Assembly (NCBI GenBank): GCA_001766825.1 | Contig: LYOR01000001.1 | Coordinates: 159,746 to 223,745 of the forward strand | Reading direction: 5' to 3' | DNA length: 64,000 nucleotides | Origin: Candidatus Syntropharchaeum butanivorans | GTDB taxonomy: Archaea; Halobacteriota; Syntropharchaeia; Syntropharchaeales; Syntropharchaeaceae | Shown: piece after piece, positions 48,488 to 58,999 of the stretch | Position numbering within the stretch: position 1 is the stretch's first letter | How the letters are laid out: each line of letters begins with the position of its first letter | Notes under the pieces: model-generated | Told to the model about the DNA's origin: nothing | The model's database searches: none | The model's input: only the letters and a program-made list of their open reading frames with translations | Translations under genes and position numbers: made by a program

Positions 48488-49717
48488 ATGAAATCTATCG
48501 CCGAAATAAATGAGAAAATAAAGAAGAGAGAAGCAATCGTGATGACAGCCAGAGAGGTATCTCAGATTGCACGTGAAGGTGGAAGACTCACACTCAATGA
48601 TGTTGACGTTGTCACAACAGCAACAAGAGCACTCATGTCCGGTACTTTTGCGGTTCTCTCAATGCCTGTAACTGAGCGAGGAGTGTTTAAAAGGGCAAAG
48701 AAGGTCTGGTTGAATGGGATCCCTGCTTTTCCCGGACCGTGTCCAAATGAGAGGCTCGGTATAATTGACGTGATTGTTTATGGAACCTCACACAGCGAAA
48801 CGAACCCGAGATACGGGGGTGGACACCTTTTCAGAGATATTGTCCGGGGAGAGAAGATAGAGGTGTGCCTTGAGTCGGATGAGAAAATAATTGAGAAGAG
48901 GGAAGTTGGGATTGAAGAAATGTTTGCAAGAATGATTACCACAAGATCTGCTTTTAGAAACTATATGGGATTTGTGAATACGTCAGACGATGCTGTGAAG
49001 ACAATATTCAATGTCATCCCCATGGAGGGGCCTTACAAACACTTCACTTTCACAGGATGTGGTGAGATAAACCCCATTGAGAACGATCCGACGTTAAGAA
49101 CGATCAGGGTCGGGACAAAGATACTCGTCAACGAAGCCATAGGGTACGTTATGGGAACTGGTACAAGGTCTACTCCAGAAAAGCCAAATCTTTCAGTATT
49201 TGCCGAGATGTATAAGATGAATCCGGAGTATATGGGAGGCTTCCTCACATCAGAGGGGCCAGAGGTTATAAACTCTATCGCAGTCCCAATCCCTGTTATA
49301 GATGAGAAAATTTTGAGAGATGTCATGGTGACCGATGAGCAGGTAGAGCTTCCTGTGGCAGAAATTCACGACAGGATTCCCTTTCATACTGGCAACTACG
49401 GTGAGGTGTGGAAGGATGTGGCAATCAGGTTCTTCCCGGATTTGTGCCTGAAATGTGATGAGTGTGATGTGGAGAGGCTTTGTCCAACCGGGGCCTACCG
49501 CTCTTACATCTTTGATGAAAGGGAGTGTTTTAACTGCGGTCTCTGTGTCAGTATATGCAGGGGAAAGGCATTCAAAGGGGATCTTGGGAAGATAAAGATA
49601 GGAGATAGAGTTATCCCTGTATTTTTGAGGTTCTCAGATAGACTGAGAGCTGAAAGGCTCTCTCAACGATTAAAGGAGATGATAGAAGAAGGAGATTTTT
49701 TCTTAAGCAATGTGTGA
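48488..49717 (+). CDS. homocysteine-biosynthesis protein (COG1900/DUF39, L-aspartate-semialdehyde sulfurtransferase family) fused to a C-terminal 2x[4Fe-4S] ferredoxin domain
   Basis: Starts at MKSIAEINEKIKKREAIVMTAREV after GGAGAGG. Contains DVDVVTTAT, NGIPAFPGPCPNERLG, PRYGGGHLFRD and GCGEINPIENDP. The C-terminus has CLKCDECDVERLCP and CFNCGLCVSIC. The track N-terminal extension (48185-48487) has no homology. Confidence 0.8.
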   Translation: MKSIAEINEKIKKREAIVMTAREVSQIAREGGRLTLNDVDVVTTATRALMSGTFAVLSMPVTERGVFKRAKKVWLNGIPAFPGPCPNERLGIIDVIVYGTSHSETNPRYGGGHLFRDIVRGEKIEVCLESDEKIIEKREVGIEEMFARMITTRSAFRNYMGFVNTSDDAVKTIFNVIPMEGPYKHFTFTGCGEINPIENDPTLRTIRVGTKILVNEAIGYVMGTGTRSTPEKPNLSVFAEMYKMNPEYMGGFLTSEGPEVINSIAVPIPVIDEKILRDVMVTDEQVELPVAEIHDRIPFHTGNYGEVWKDVAIRFFPDLCLKCDECDVERLCPTGAYRSYIFDERECFNCGLCVSICRGKAFKGDLGKIKIGDRVIPVFLRFSDRLRAERLSQRLKEMIEEGDFFLSNV

Positions 49718-49732
49718 TCTACTTGGAAGGAT

Positions 49733-50371
49733 TTGATTTCTATGCCAAAAGTTGAACCATTTGAAAAGTATACGTCCAAGTATGAAGATTGGTTTGAGAG
49801 AAACAAATTTGCTTATGAATCAGAGATCAGAGCAATAAAAATGCTGTTGCCCAGGGGGAAAAGCAGTCTTGAAATCGGTGTGGGAAGTGGAAGATTTGCA
49901 GGGCCTCTGGGCATTGAAATAGGGGTTGAACCATCACGAAAGATGGGAAAGATCGCTCAACAGAGGGGGATTAAAGTGATCTATGCTGTGGCTGAAAACC
50001 TGCCTTTTGCTGATTCTCAGTTTGATTCTGTCTTGATGGTTACTACAGTCTGCTTTTTAGATAATACAAAGGCTGCATTTAGAGAGGCATACAGGGTATT
50101 AAAATCAGGAGGAGGGTTGGTGATAGGGTTTATCGACAAAGAAAGTCCTGTTGGCAGATTATATCGAGTACATAAGAATGAGAGTGTGTTTTACAGGGAA
50201 GCAACTTTCTATTCGGTAAAGGAGATCGTATCTTACCTAAAAGAAATAGGCTTTAAAGATTTTAGTTTTATGCAAACAATTTTCAATAATTTATCAGAGA
50301 TAAAAGAAATTGAACCGATAAAAGAGGGATATGGTGAAGGATCATTCGTTGTTGTGAGAGCTATGAAATGA
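49733..50371 (+). CDS. class I SAM-dependent methyltransferase
   Basis: About 209-212 aa (ATG at 49742). Motif I is SLEIGVGSGRFA, with an acidic post-I region. Confidence 0.7.
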   Translation: MISMPKVEPFEKYTSKYEDWFERNKFAYESEIRAIKMLLPRGKSSLEIGVGSGRFAGPLGIEIGVEPSRKMGKIAQQRGIKVIYAVAENLPFADSQFDSVLMVTTVCFLDNTKAAFREAYRVLKSGGGLVIGFIDKESPVGRLYRVHKNESVFYREATFYSVKEIVSYLKEIGFKDFSFMQTIFNNLSEIKEIEPIKEGYGEGSFVVVRAMK

Positions 50372-50477
50372 AGGGAAGTCTCTAACAAACCAAAAGTCCA
50401 AAAATGAGAAAATATAGGGATAATCGTAAAAGATATAAACAGGGCAAAAGGAGGTAGGCAGGAGCGGAGGCGTTTCT

Positions 50478-52232
50478 TTGAGTCGGAAGATGACAGGTGC
50501 TGAGGCCGTCCTGAAGGGGCTTGAGACAGAAGGGGTTGAGGTCGTCTTTGGCTATCCCGGTGGGGCAGTTTTACCGCTCTATGACGTCTTATACACCTCT
50601 AAGATACGACACATACTCGTTCGCCACGAGCAGGGGGCAGCTCATGCGGCTGATGGATATGCGAGGGTAACAGGCAGGGTGGGGGTATGTATAGCAACAT
50701 CAGGACCGGGTGCAACAAACCTCGTCACAGGGATCGCGAATGCATACATGGACTCAATCCCGGTCGTGGCGATAACAGGACAGGTGCCAACCACCTCAAT
50801 CGGGAATGATGCATTCCAGGAGGTAAACATAACCGGCATCACACTACCGATCACGAAGCACTCCTACCTTGTCAAGCGGGCAGAGGAGATCCCGCATGTG
50901 ATAAGAGAGGCGTTTTACATTGCATCCACCGGTAGAAAAGGCCCTGTGCTCATAGATCTCCCGAAGGATGTCCAGGTAGAGGAGTTTGAGGTGGATGAGC
51001 GGGCCTTCACACGAGCCGTAAGGCTCAGGGGTTACAAACCCACGATAAAGGGACACGCACTCCAGATCAAGAAGGCAGCAGCGCTTATCCAGGCCTCAAA
51101 GAGGCCGGTCATCTATGCTGGGGGGGGTGTTATCGCGTCTGATGCCTCACCGGAGCTGAGGGAGCTTGCAGAGATGATCGGGGCACCGGTCACAACGACG
51201 CTCATGGGTATTGGTGCATTCCCAAAGGATCACTTTTTATCACTGGGGATGCTCGGGATGCATGGGACAAGGTATGCGAACTATGCGATCTGTGAGGCAG
51301 ATCTCATCATCGCTGTAGGGGTCAGGTTCGATGATCGCGTTGCAACAGATCCTTCCACATTTGCAAGAAATGCAAAGATCATCCACATCGACATCGACCC
51401 TGCTGAGATCGGGAAGATCATAAGACCAGATGTTCCGATCGTTGGGGATGCAAAGAATGTCTTGAGGGCACTGATCGAGCGGCTCAAGGGTGTGGACCTT
51501 GACTTCAGTGATTGGCTTGAGGTAATTGAATCATGGAAGGAGCGATATCCACTCAGATACAACCCGAAAGATGGGTTGAAGCCGCAGTTTATTATCGAAA
51601 AGATCAACGAGCTTGCACCTGATGCGATCATCGTTACTGAGGTGGGGCAGAACCAGATGTGGGCTGCACTCTACTTCAACTATAAAGAGCCCAGGACTCT
51701 TATCACATCAGGGGGACTTGGGACGATGGGATTTGGACTCCCTGCTGCAATCGGTGCAAAGGTCGGTGCACCTGAGAGGACGGTGATAGATATAGCAGGA
51801 GATGGGAGCTTCCTCATGAAATGTCAGGAGCTTGCAACCGCGGTTGAGAATCATATCCCGATCAAGGTGATGATCCTGAACAACCAGTACCTTGGGATGG
51901 TTCGCCAGTGGCAGGAACTCTTCTACGAGGGGCGCTATTCCCACACCGATCTTGCGTCAAGGACAGACTTTGTTAAGCTCGCAGAGGCGTTTGGTGCCTG
52001 TGGGATGCGAGTTGAGAGGATAGAGGATGTTGCCCCCGCTATCAGGAAGGCACTTGAGATCGATGAGGTGGTTGTGATCGATTTCAGGATCGATCGAGAG
52101 GAGAACGTCTATCCGATGGTAAAAGCCGGCTCGCCACTTGATGAGATCATCGAGGATGAGGAGGGGGTCGTGGAGGATTCAGGAGATCTCTGTGGGATGG
52201 AGAAGGAGGGGGTCGTGGAGGTGGTGGATTGA
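50478..52232 (+). CDS. ilvB: acetolactate synthase large subunit
   Basis: 584 aa (ATG alternative at 50490). Contains [11 protein letters not shown], the TPP motif [17 protein letters not shown]...GDGSF...NN, and a roughly 25-aa acidic C-terminal tail. Confidence 0.9.
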   Translation: MSRKMTGAEAVLKGLETEGVEVVFGYPGGAVLPLYDVLYTSKIRHILVRHEQGAAHAADGYARVTGRVGVCIATSGPGATNLVTGIANAYMDSIPVVAITGQVPTTSIGNDAFQEVNITGITLPITKHSYLVKRAEEIPHVIREAFYIASTGRKGPVLIDLPKDVQVEEFEVDERAFTRAVRLRGYKPTIKGHALQIKKAAALIQASKRPVIYAGGGVIASDASPELRELAEMIGAPVTTTLMGIGAFPKDHFLSLGMLGMHGTRYANYAICEADLIIAVGVRFDDRVATDPSTFARNAKIIHIDIDPAEIGKIIRPDVPIVGDAKNVLRALIERLKGVDLDFSDWLEVIESWKERYPLRYNPKDGLKPQFIIEKINELAPDAIIVTEVGQNQMWAALYFNYKEPRTLITSGGLGTMGFGLPAAIGAKVGAPERTVIDIAGDGSFLMKCQELATAVENHIPIKVMILNNQYLGMVRQWQELFYEGRYSHTDLASRTDFVKLAEAFGACGMRVERIEDVAPAIRKALEIDEVVVIDFRIDREENVYPMVKAGSPLDEIIEDEEGVVEDSGDLCGMEKEGVVEVVD

Positions 52233-52233
52233 G

Positions 52234-52734
52234 ATGGTGAAGCACACGCTTACCGTTCTTGTTGAGAACAAGCCAGGTGTTGCAGCAAGGGTTACAGGAC
52301 TATTCACCCGGCGAGGATTTAACATTGACAGTATAAATGCGGCGATAACCGATAAACCAGATATATCAAGGCTCACGATCGTGATCACAAGTGAGCGGGA
52401 GGGGGGAGAGAGACAGCTTGAGCAGATCACAAAGCAGCTCAACAAGCTGATAGATGTGATAAAGATCAGTGATATCACAGCTTATGACTCGATTGAGCGT
52501 GAACTTGTCCTTGTAAAGGTAGATGCAAAACCTGAGAGAAGGACCGAGATCCTGCAGATCGTTGAGGTATTCAGGGCAAAGATCGTCGACATCGCGTCAG
52601 AATCGATGATCATCGAGGTCACGGGTGATGAAGATAAGATATCAGCGATGCTCACGATGCTTGCAGACTTCGGTATACGGGAGGTTGCCAGAACAGGGAA
52701 GGTCGCGATGATAAGAGGTGCGAAGACGCTGTAG
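52234..52734 (+). CDS. ilvN: acetolactate synthase small (regulatory) subunit
   Basis: 166 aa from the ATG at 52234 after GGAGGTGG. HTLTVLVENKPGVAARVTGLFTRRGFNIDS is the ACT domain. The track ORF start (52138) lies inside ilvB. Confidence 0.88.
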   Translation: MVKHTLTVLVENKPGVAARVTGLFTRRGFNIDSINAAITDKPDISRLTIVITSEREGGERQLEQITKQLNKLIDVIKISDITAYDSIERELVLVKVDAKPERRTEILQIVEVFRAKIVDIASESMIIEVTGDEDKISAMLTMLADFGIREVARTGKVAMIRGAKTL

Positions 52735-52818
52735 CGCCGGGTAAATCTGTGCCTGAGATCATAACCTTGATAATGCTTATTGCAGATAGTTACGTGGTGG
52801 ATCTAAAGAGGTGATCTG

Positions 52819-54048
52819 ATGACAGAAGAAACGAGGATAGCCCAGGTGTCATGCGGAACCGAGTACAGCGGGGTGCAGGGCAAGCTCAATGAGGTTGCAG
52901 CACGATCCGGTATAAAGCTCATATTTCCGGAGGTTGAGCTTGATGATGTTGCACATGCGGTCAGTGAGTTTGGTTATCGGGCCAAAAGCCCGGGGCTGAA
53001 CCTCCTGATTGCACGTGCCCGTTCGATCGTGAAGAATCCAGAGGGTGTGGATGGTGTCTTTCTCCTTACATGCTTCAAGTGTGCAGAGGGCTCTATCGTG
53101 AAAAACGAGGTCCGGAAGTACCTCCAGAAGAATACAGACCTCCCGGTTGTGACCTATTCAACCGTGGACAAGGTGAAGGAGGGGGGGCTTATGATCAGGT
53201 TCGAAGCCTTGAAGACACTTGTTACAAGAAAAACACTCCTCATGCGCACCCGGCAGGAAGGGACCACGATGGGAATTGATAGCGGCTCATCAACCACAAA
53301 GTGTGTGATAATGAGGGAGAATGAGATCGTTGGGACAGGCTGGGTTCCAACAACAGAGATCCTTCAGAGCGCAAGAAAAGCGATGGACCTTGCACTTGAG
53401 TCCGCAGGTATGAGTGAGAAGGATATTGATGCCACAGCAGTCACAGGATACGGAAGGCATATAATCGGGGATGCGATCAAGGCAGATCTCGTCCAGGAAG
53501 AGCTGACCGTGAACTCAAAGGGTGCCGCATTCCTTGCAGACAGGCAGCGGGGGGAGGCAACCGTGCTTGATATCGGGGGAATGGATAACAAGGCACTGAC
53601 GCTGAACAACGCGATACCGGATGATTTCACGATGGGGGGTGTCTGTGCAGGTGCATCAGGGAGGTTTCTTGAGATTACGGCAAGACGCCTTGGGGTAGAT
53701 ATATCAGAGCTTGGTGAGCTTGCATTGAAGGGAAATGCTGAGAGCATACAGATGGATAGCTACTGCTCGATATTTGGGATACAATCACTCGTATCTGCAC
53801 TTGGTGGGGGTGCGTCGAAAGAGGATGTTGCAGCGGCAGCGTGTTATAGCGTTGCAGAGCAGGTGCATGAGCAGCAGCTTCAGGAGATCGATCTCAGAGA
53901 ACCAATCATCGAGGTTGGTGGGACTGCATTGATTGAAGGGCTTAAAGTGGCATTTGAAAAGATACTTGGGTTTGATATCATTGTGCCACCATATCCACAG
54001 TTTGCAGGTGCGGTTGGAGGCGCACTCATTGTATCTGCATTTGTGTGA
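52819..54048 (+). CDS. methanogenesis marker protein 15-like (BadF/BcrA/HgdC-type ATPase with an N-terminal extra domain)
   Basis: 409 aa. The C-terminal approximately 260 aa carry the acetate/sugar-kinase-type ATPase blocks GIDSGSSTTKCV, DIGGMDNKAL and EVGGTA. The size and N-terminal domain match my memory of marker 15. Confidence 0.55.
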   Translation: MTEETRIAQVSCGTEYSGVQGKLNEVAARSGIKLIFPEVELDDVAHAVSEFGYRAKSPGLNLLIARARSIVKNPEGVDGVFLLTCFKCAEGSIVKNEVRKYLQKNTDLPVVTYSTVDKVKEGGLMIRFEALKTLVTRKTLLMRTRQEGTTMGIDSGSSTTKCVIMRENEIVGTGWVPTTEILQSARKAMDLALESAGMSEKDIDATAVTGYGRHIIGDAIKADLVQEELTVNSKGAAFLADRQRGEATVLDIGGMDNKALTLNNAIPDDFTMGGVCAGASGRFLEITARRLGVDISELGELALKGNAESIQMDSYCSIFGIQSLVSALGGGASKEDVAAAACYSVAEQVHEQQLQEIDLREPIIEVGGTALIEGLKVAFEKILGFDIIVPPYPQFAGAVGGALIVSAFV

Positions 54049-54140
54049 GGGTAGAAAGATGTCTGATCTGAGAAAAAGGCCAGGGGAACCAAAAACTTCT
54101 TTTACCCATAGAATGAAAGGAATGTGGGCGTGATCTCAGG

Positions 54141-56972
54141 ATGGAGCGATATGATTTCAAGGCTGTAGAGGGCAAATGGCAGAAGATATGGGAAGATGAG
54201 GGGATATATGAGGCAAACCCGGGGGAAGGTGAGAAATTCTATCTAAACGTTGCATACCCGTACCCCTCAGGGGCAATGCATGTTGGTCATGGTAGAACCT
54301 ATACTGTACCGGACGTTATAGCGAGATTCAAGCGAATGCGAGGATACAATGTCCTCTTTCCGATGGGGTTCCATGTGACAGGAACACCCGTCATAGGTGT
54401 CTCAAACAGGATTGCAAGGGGAGATCAGGAGGCTATAAGGCTCTATCGGGACGTGTACAAGGTCCCAAAAGAGGTCATGGAGCGTTTCACCGATCCACAT
54501 GAGATCGTTCGCTACTTCAGCAATGATTACACAGAGATCATGAGATCGATGGGGCTCTCGATCGATTGGAGGAGGAGGTTTACAACTGTTGACCCCCAGT
54601 ACAGCAAGTTTATTGCGTGGCAGTTCAACCAGCTGAGGAAGAAGGGGCTTGTGGCAAAAGGCGAGCATCCTGTTAAGTTCTGTCCAAACTGCGATAATCC
54701 GGTGGGGGATCACGATCTGCTTGAGGGAGAAAAGGCTACAATCAATGAGTTTACCCTGATAAAGTTTCGTCTGGCTGATGGGACGGTGGTTCCAACTGCA
54801 ACCCTCCGCCCTGAGACGCTCTATGGTGTTACAAACCTGTGGATGAAGCCTGATGGGGATTACGTAATCGCAGAGCTTAAAGATAAGAATGAACGATGGC
54901 TTCTGAGCAGGGAAGCAGCGGAAAAGCTCAGGTATCAGGACTTTGACCTTGAGATTGACTCCTTCGTGAAGGGCTCAAGGTTCATAGATAGGGTGGCAAA
55001 GAACCCTTTGAACGATGAGATGGTTAATATCCTTCCTGCAACGTTTGTTGAGATGGATATGGGCACAGGGATTGTGATGAGTGTCCCTGCACATGCCCCG
55101 TTTGATTACATCGCACTCCGTGATCTCCACCGTTGTGGGAAATACAGAAATATTCGCCCGATTCCGGTGATTAAACTCGAGGGATATGGTAAGATACCTG
55201 CTGCTGATGTCATAGATCGGATGGAGATACGTGATCAGCACGATGAGCGACTCGAGGATGCAACAGAGGAGCTGTACACTGCGGAGTTCAACAGAGGTGT
55301 GATGCTGCAGGAGTTCGGCGGGGATAGTGTGGGAGAGGCACGCAAGAGGGTCAGATCCGAGCTTCTTGGAAGGGGTGATGCTGCAGTGATGTATGAGTTC
55401 AGTGAGCGCCCTGTTATATGCAGGTGCAACACACCCGCGGTCATCAAGCTACTCAAGGACCAGTGGTTCCTGAGATACAGTGATCCTGAGTGGAAGGATG
55501 CTGTGAAGTCGTGTATCCGTGAGATAACGAGGTTCATCCCGCCTGAGCTTGAGAGCGAGTTTTTGAGAACTGTTGACTGGCTCAACGATTGGGCATGTAC
55601 CAGGAGAGTCGGGCTTGGAACACCGCTGCCATGGGATCCTGCATGGATCATCGAGCCTTTAAGCGATTCAACAATCTACATGGCATACTATACGATCGCA
55701 CACTACCTCAAAGAGCTTAATCCAGACCTCATCGATGATGGCGTCTTCGATGCGATATTCCTCCAGAAAGACTCTCAATCTTCGCTTGATCCTGAAATCA
55801 TCTCGAGGATGCAGGATGAGTTTCTATACTGGTATCCGTATGACTACAGGTTATCTGCAAAGGATCTCATCTCGAATCATCTCACGTTCCAGCTCTTCCA
55901 CCATGCATCCATATTCCGGAGGGAGCATATACCACGTGGGATCGTTGTCTTCGGTATCGGGCTTCTTGAAGGAGAGAAGATGAGCTCATCAAAGGGAAAT
56001 GTCATCCTCCTGAAAGATGCGATCGAGAGGTTTGGGGCAGATACGATCAGGTTCTTCCTCATGGGTTCCGCCGAGCCATGGCAGGATTTTGACTGGCGCG
56101 ATGAGCAGGTTACAGCAAGCAAACGTCACCTTGAGAGGTTCTGGAATACCGTGAATGAGATCATAGAGATGGGAGAAGGAGAGAAAGACCTTGAGGCCAT
56201 AGATTACTGGCTTCTTAACCGGCTACAGGACCGGATAAGGATGACAATAAATGCGCTTGAGGGTTTCCTCACAAGAAGCGCACTTCAGCAGGCCTTCTTC
56301 GGCATAGAAAGTGATCTAAGATGGTATAGGCGGCGAACCGAAACCACAAGACCTGGTGCCATATGGACGATGAGATACCTTGCAGACTGCTGGGTCCGGT
56401 TACTTGCACCTTTCATCCCGCACATGACATCAGAGCTTCTGGCCAGGATGGGAAAAGATGCAACCCATGTGCTTTATCCAGAGGTCGATGAAGAGTTTAT
56501 CAACCCGAGGTTTGAGCTTGAGGAGAGGCTTATCGAGGCTACATACAACGATATAAACGAGATCCTCAGGGTGACAAAGATCACACCAAGACGGATAATC
56601 CTCTACGCAGCTCCTGAGTGGAAGCAGGAGGTTAAAAAAGTAATACTCACAAAACGCAGGCAAGGTAGGGTTGAGATGAGTGACGTTATGCGTGAAGTGA
56701 TGGAGAACCCTGAGATACGGAGACACGCCAAGGAGGTTCCACGGCTCGTCAAGCGGTTGATCGATGATTTCAGAGGAATGGAGAAGAACGAGCTTGATCT
56801 GCTTCTTTCAGCGAATCTCAACGAGTATAAAGTGCTTGAAAGCGCAAAGGAGTTTTTTGAGCAGGAGTTTGGAGCAAAGGTCCTCATCTTTGATGCACTG
56901 GATGCCGCGTATGATCCTGCGGGAAAGAGTGCACTTGCATATCCGATGAAGCCTGCAATCTTCGTGGAGTGA
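54141..56972 (+). CDS. leuS: leucyl-tRNA synthetase
   Basis: 943 aa. Has the HIGH-type HVGHGRTY and the KMSKS-type KMSSSKGN, with an archaeal-type length. Confidence 0.95.
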   Translation: MERYDFKAVEGKWQKIWEDEGIYEANPGEGEKFYLNVAYPYPSGAMHVGHGRTYTVPDVIARFKRMRGYNVLFPMGFHVTGTPVIGVSNRIARGDQEAIRLYRDVYKVPKEVMERFTDPHEIVRYFSNDYTEIMRSMGLSIDWRRRFTTVDPQYSKFIAWQFNQLRKKGLVAKGEHPVKFCPNCDNPVGDHDLLEGEKATINEFTLIKFRLADGTVVPTATLRPETLYGVTNLWMKPDGDYVIAELKDKNERWLLSREAAEKLRYQDFDLEIDSFVKGSRFIDRVAKNPLNDEMVNILPATFVEMDMGTGIVMSVPAHAPFDYIALRDLHRCGKYRNIRPIPVIKLEGYGKIPAADVIDRMEIRDQHDERLEDATEELYTAEFNRGVMLQEFGGDSVGEARKRVRSELLGRGDAAVMYEFSERPVICRCNTPAVIKLLKDQWFLRYSDPEWKDAVKSCIREITRFIPPELESEFLRTVDWLNDWACTRRVGLGTPLPWDPAWIIEPLSDSTIYMAYYTIAHYLKELNPDLIDDGVFDAIFLQKDSQSSLDPEIISRMQDEFLYWYPYDYRLSAKDLISNHLTFQLFHHASIFRREHIPRGIVVFGIGLLEGEKMSSSKGNVILLKDAIERFGADTIRFFLMGSAEPWQDFDWRDEQVTASKRHLERFWNTVNEIIEMGEGEKDLEAIDYWLLNRLQDRIRMTINALEGFLTRSALQQAFFGIESDLRWYRRRTETTRPGAIWTMRYLADCWVRLLAPFIPHMTSELLARMGKDATHVLYPEVDEEFINPRFELEERLIEATYNDINEILRVTKITPRRIILYAAPEWKQEVKKVILTKRRQGRVEMSDVMREVMENPEIRRHAKEVPRLVKRLIDDFRGMEKNELDLLLSANLNEYKVLESAKEFFEQEFGAKVLIFDALDAAYDPAGKSALAYPMKPAIFVE

Positions 56973-57880
56973 TCGTTATGTATGAGAACTACATATTTGA
57001 AGGGGGGTCCTACCGCCATCGTGAGCTCCTTGAGCTCATCGAGGATCTTGGAGGGTACATCATCACCAAGCGGATATTTGCACAGGAGGCACAGATCACC
57101 TTCACAGCCCCTGCAGAGGATTATGATAGGATAAAAGAGGTTGCAGCAGATATCCAGGGTCAGATCAGGGAGGCCCCACTTCTCGGGACAGAAATCGCAA
57201 TCGTGACCCCCACGATCACAAGACATCATCTCCCCCACCCGGTGTGTGATGTCGCAGAGATCATGCGGAGAAGAGGGGCGCAAACGAACGTGATAGGGCT
57301 TGCAAGGGGAGTTGGCAGGCGCATCGCTCAGCTTACTGCCAGAGAGCGTCAGATCATCGAGGAGCACGACGTCTGTGTCGTTGGCCTCGGTAACTTCAAG
57401 CGGTGTATAGAGGAGAAGCTTGAGATCTTCAAGCAGCTTAATGTTCCGGTCGTTGCATATGGGCTCCCCGAGGTTGAAGTATCGGGAATAAGGTATGTTT
57501 CAACTCTTGGGCGGCTTCCATACACATTCAAGCGGTTAAATGAGATTGATATCCTCAAAAAAATCTCAGATGAAGTTGCAGAGGCTGTAAAGGCAAAAAA
57601 AGAGGAGATTGCAATCGATCCGCCATTTGTCCCACCATGGGTCGTTAAAGAGGAGCTTCTCGATCAGATAGAGGATATCAGGTACTCACTCGCTCCAGGG
57701 CCGATTGTCCAGCGGATAAATGGTGTCAGGATAAAGATACCCTATGATGATTACCATGAGGCGGTTGAGAATGTGATGATAAGCGACCGGAGGCTTGCAG
57801 AGATTGCGATAATTAAAAAATCCCCCAACCGTGGGAGAATTATCGTTGAGCTCCTCCCAATGTCGCTTCTTAAGATGTGA
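56969..57880 (+). CDS. methanogenesis marker protein 7-like (MCR activation-associated)
   Basis: About 300 aa (ATG at 56978: [29 protein letters not shown]). The N-terminal pattern and length match my memory of marker 7. It overlaps the leuS stop. Confidence 0.5.
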   Translation: MIVMYENYIFEGGSYRHRELLELIEDLGGYIITKRIFAQEAQITFTAPAEDYDRIKEVAADIQGQIREAPLLGTEIAIVTPTITRHHLPHPVCDVAEIMRRRGAQTNVIGLARGVGRRIAQLTARERQIIEEHDVCVVGLGNFKRCIEEKLEIFKQLNVPVVAYGLPEVEVSGIRYVSTLGRLPYTFKRLNEIDILKKISDEVAEAVKAKKEEIAIDPPFVPPWVVKEELLDQIEDIRYSLAPGPIVQRINGVRIKIPYDDYHEAVENVMISDRRLAEIAIIKKSPNRGRIIVELLPMSLLKM

Positions 57881-58473
57881 GGGGGGAAGGTGTGATGTTG
57901 AGTGAAGAGGACGGCCAACAGGCCCTTCGGCTTGCAAGAGATGCGATAGAGGCATACATCAGAGGTGGGAAGCGAATTGACCCCGATGAGTATGAGCTGA
58001 GCAGGGTGTTTGATGAGAAGCGTGGGGTATTTGTCACGATAAAAAAGCAGGGGATGCTGAGAGGCTGTATCGGGTTCCCGTATCCGGTGATGAGGCTTAA
58101 AGAGGCCATCGTTGAGGCAGCGATAAGCGCGGCATCGAGTGACCCGCGCTTCCCGGTGCTCTCACCGGATGAGCTTGAAGAGATTGAGATTGAGGTTACG
58201 ATCCTCACAGAGCCTGTTAAGCTTGATGTAAAGCCAAGAGATCGTGTTAAGGAGGTTATCGTCGGTAAACACGGGCTTATTGTTAGAAGAGGTCCATATC
58301 AGGGTCTCCTCCTCCCGCAGGTTGCGGTTGAGTGGGGATGGGATGCAGAGACATTCCTGGAGCAGACGTGCCTCAAGGCAGGACTTACGCCGGATATGTG
58401 GCTCGATGAACAGACTGAGGTCAGTGTATTTGAGGGCCAAATCTTCAATGAAGAGCGGGATAGATCGGTCTGA
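57877..58473 (+). CDS. AMMECR1-domain protein
   Basis: RGVFVTIKKQGMLRGCIGFPYP, DPRFPVL and GLLLPQV match the AMMECR1 signature blocks. The likely start is the ATG at 57895. Confidence 0.85.
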   Translation: MRGEGVMLSEEDGQQALRLARDAIEAYIRGGKRIDPDEYELSRVFDEKRGVFVTIKKQGMLRGCIGFPYPVMRLKEAIVEAAISAASSDPRFPVLSPDELEEIEIEVTILTEPVKLDVKPRDRVKEVIVGKHGLIVRRGPYQGLLLPQVAVEWGWDAETFLEQTCLKAGLTPDMWLDEQTEVSVFEGQIFNEERDRSV

Positions 58474-58474
58474 A

Positions 58475-58999
58475 ATGATAAGACGGCTCTTCCTTCAGGA
58501 GAAGCCGGTGGAGATACTCATCTCGATATCAAGGATGGAAACCCCCTATGCCTCAAGGATCTTAAGAGAGGTTGATACAACCTTTGCTCACGCTGTCAAG
58601 ATACTCTCAACGATGGAAGATCTCGGAATAATAGAATCTGAGAGATCAGGACGAATAAAGGCCCTTAAACTCACCCCCCACGGGGAGGTGCTTGCAGAAT
58701 CGTTGAATAACTTTCTTGAAGCTTGCAAGGTGGACCCTGATGCAGAAGCGGAGAAGATTCGGGGTATTGCAGAGAGAATTCTCTCAAGGCTTGATCAGAT
58801 ATACAGGGAGGAGATTGAGGGTAAAAAACGGCTGAAACACAGAGACATGGTACGAATCTCAAGAAGGATTGCACCTTATGAACGTGAGCTGAAGCGGCTT
58901 GAGAGGATGTCTGGCGGTGATAAAGAGACCTATATTCTCGAAATAAAGGAAAAAATAGCGTGGATAAAGAGGGAAAAAGAACAGATTACATCATCTTGA
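58475..58999 (+). CDS. winged-helix transcriptional regulator with a coiled-coil tail
   Basis: 174 aa from the ATG 1 nt after the AMMECR1 stop. PVEILISISRMETPYASRILREVDTTFAHAVKILSTMEDLGIIESERSGRIKALKLT is a wHTH pattern. The longer track ORF (58244) overlaps AMMECR1 out of frame. Confidence 0.6.
   Translation: MIRRLFLQEKPVEILISISRMETPYASRILREVDTTFAHAVKILSTMEDLGIIESERSGRIKALKLTPHGEVLAESLNNFLEACKVDPDAEAEKIRGIAERILSRLDQIYREEIEGKKRLKHRDMVRISRRIAPYERELKRLERMSGGDKETYILEIKEKIAWIKREKEQITSS

Noticed and set aside
56603-57367. 254-aa minus-strand ORF spanning the leuS / marker-7 junction
   Set aside because: It is antisense to two motif-supported genes and has no recognisable features.
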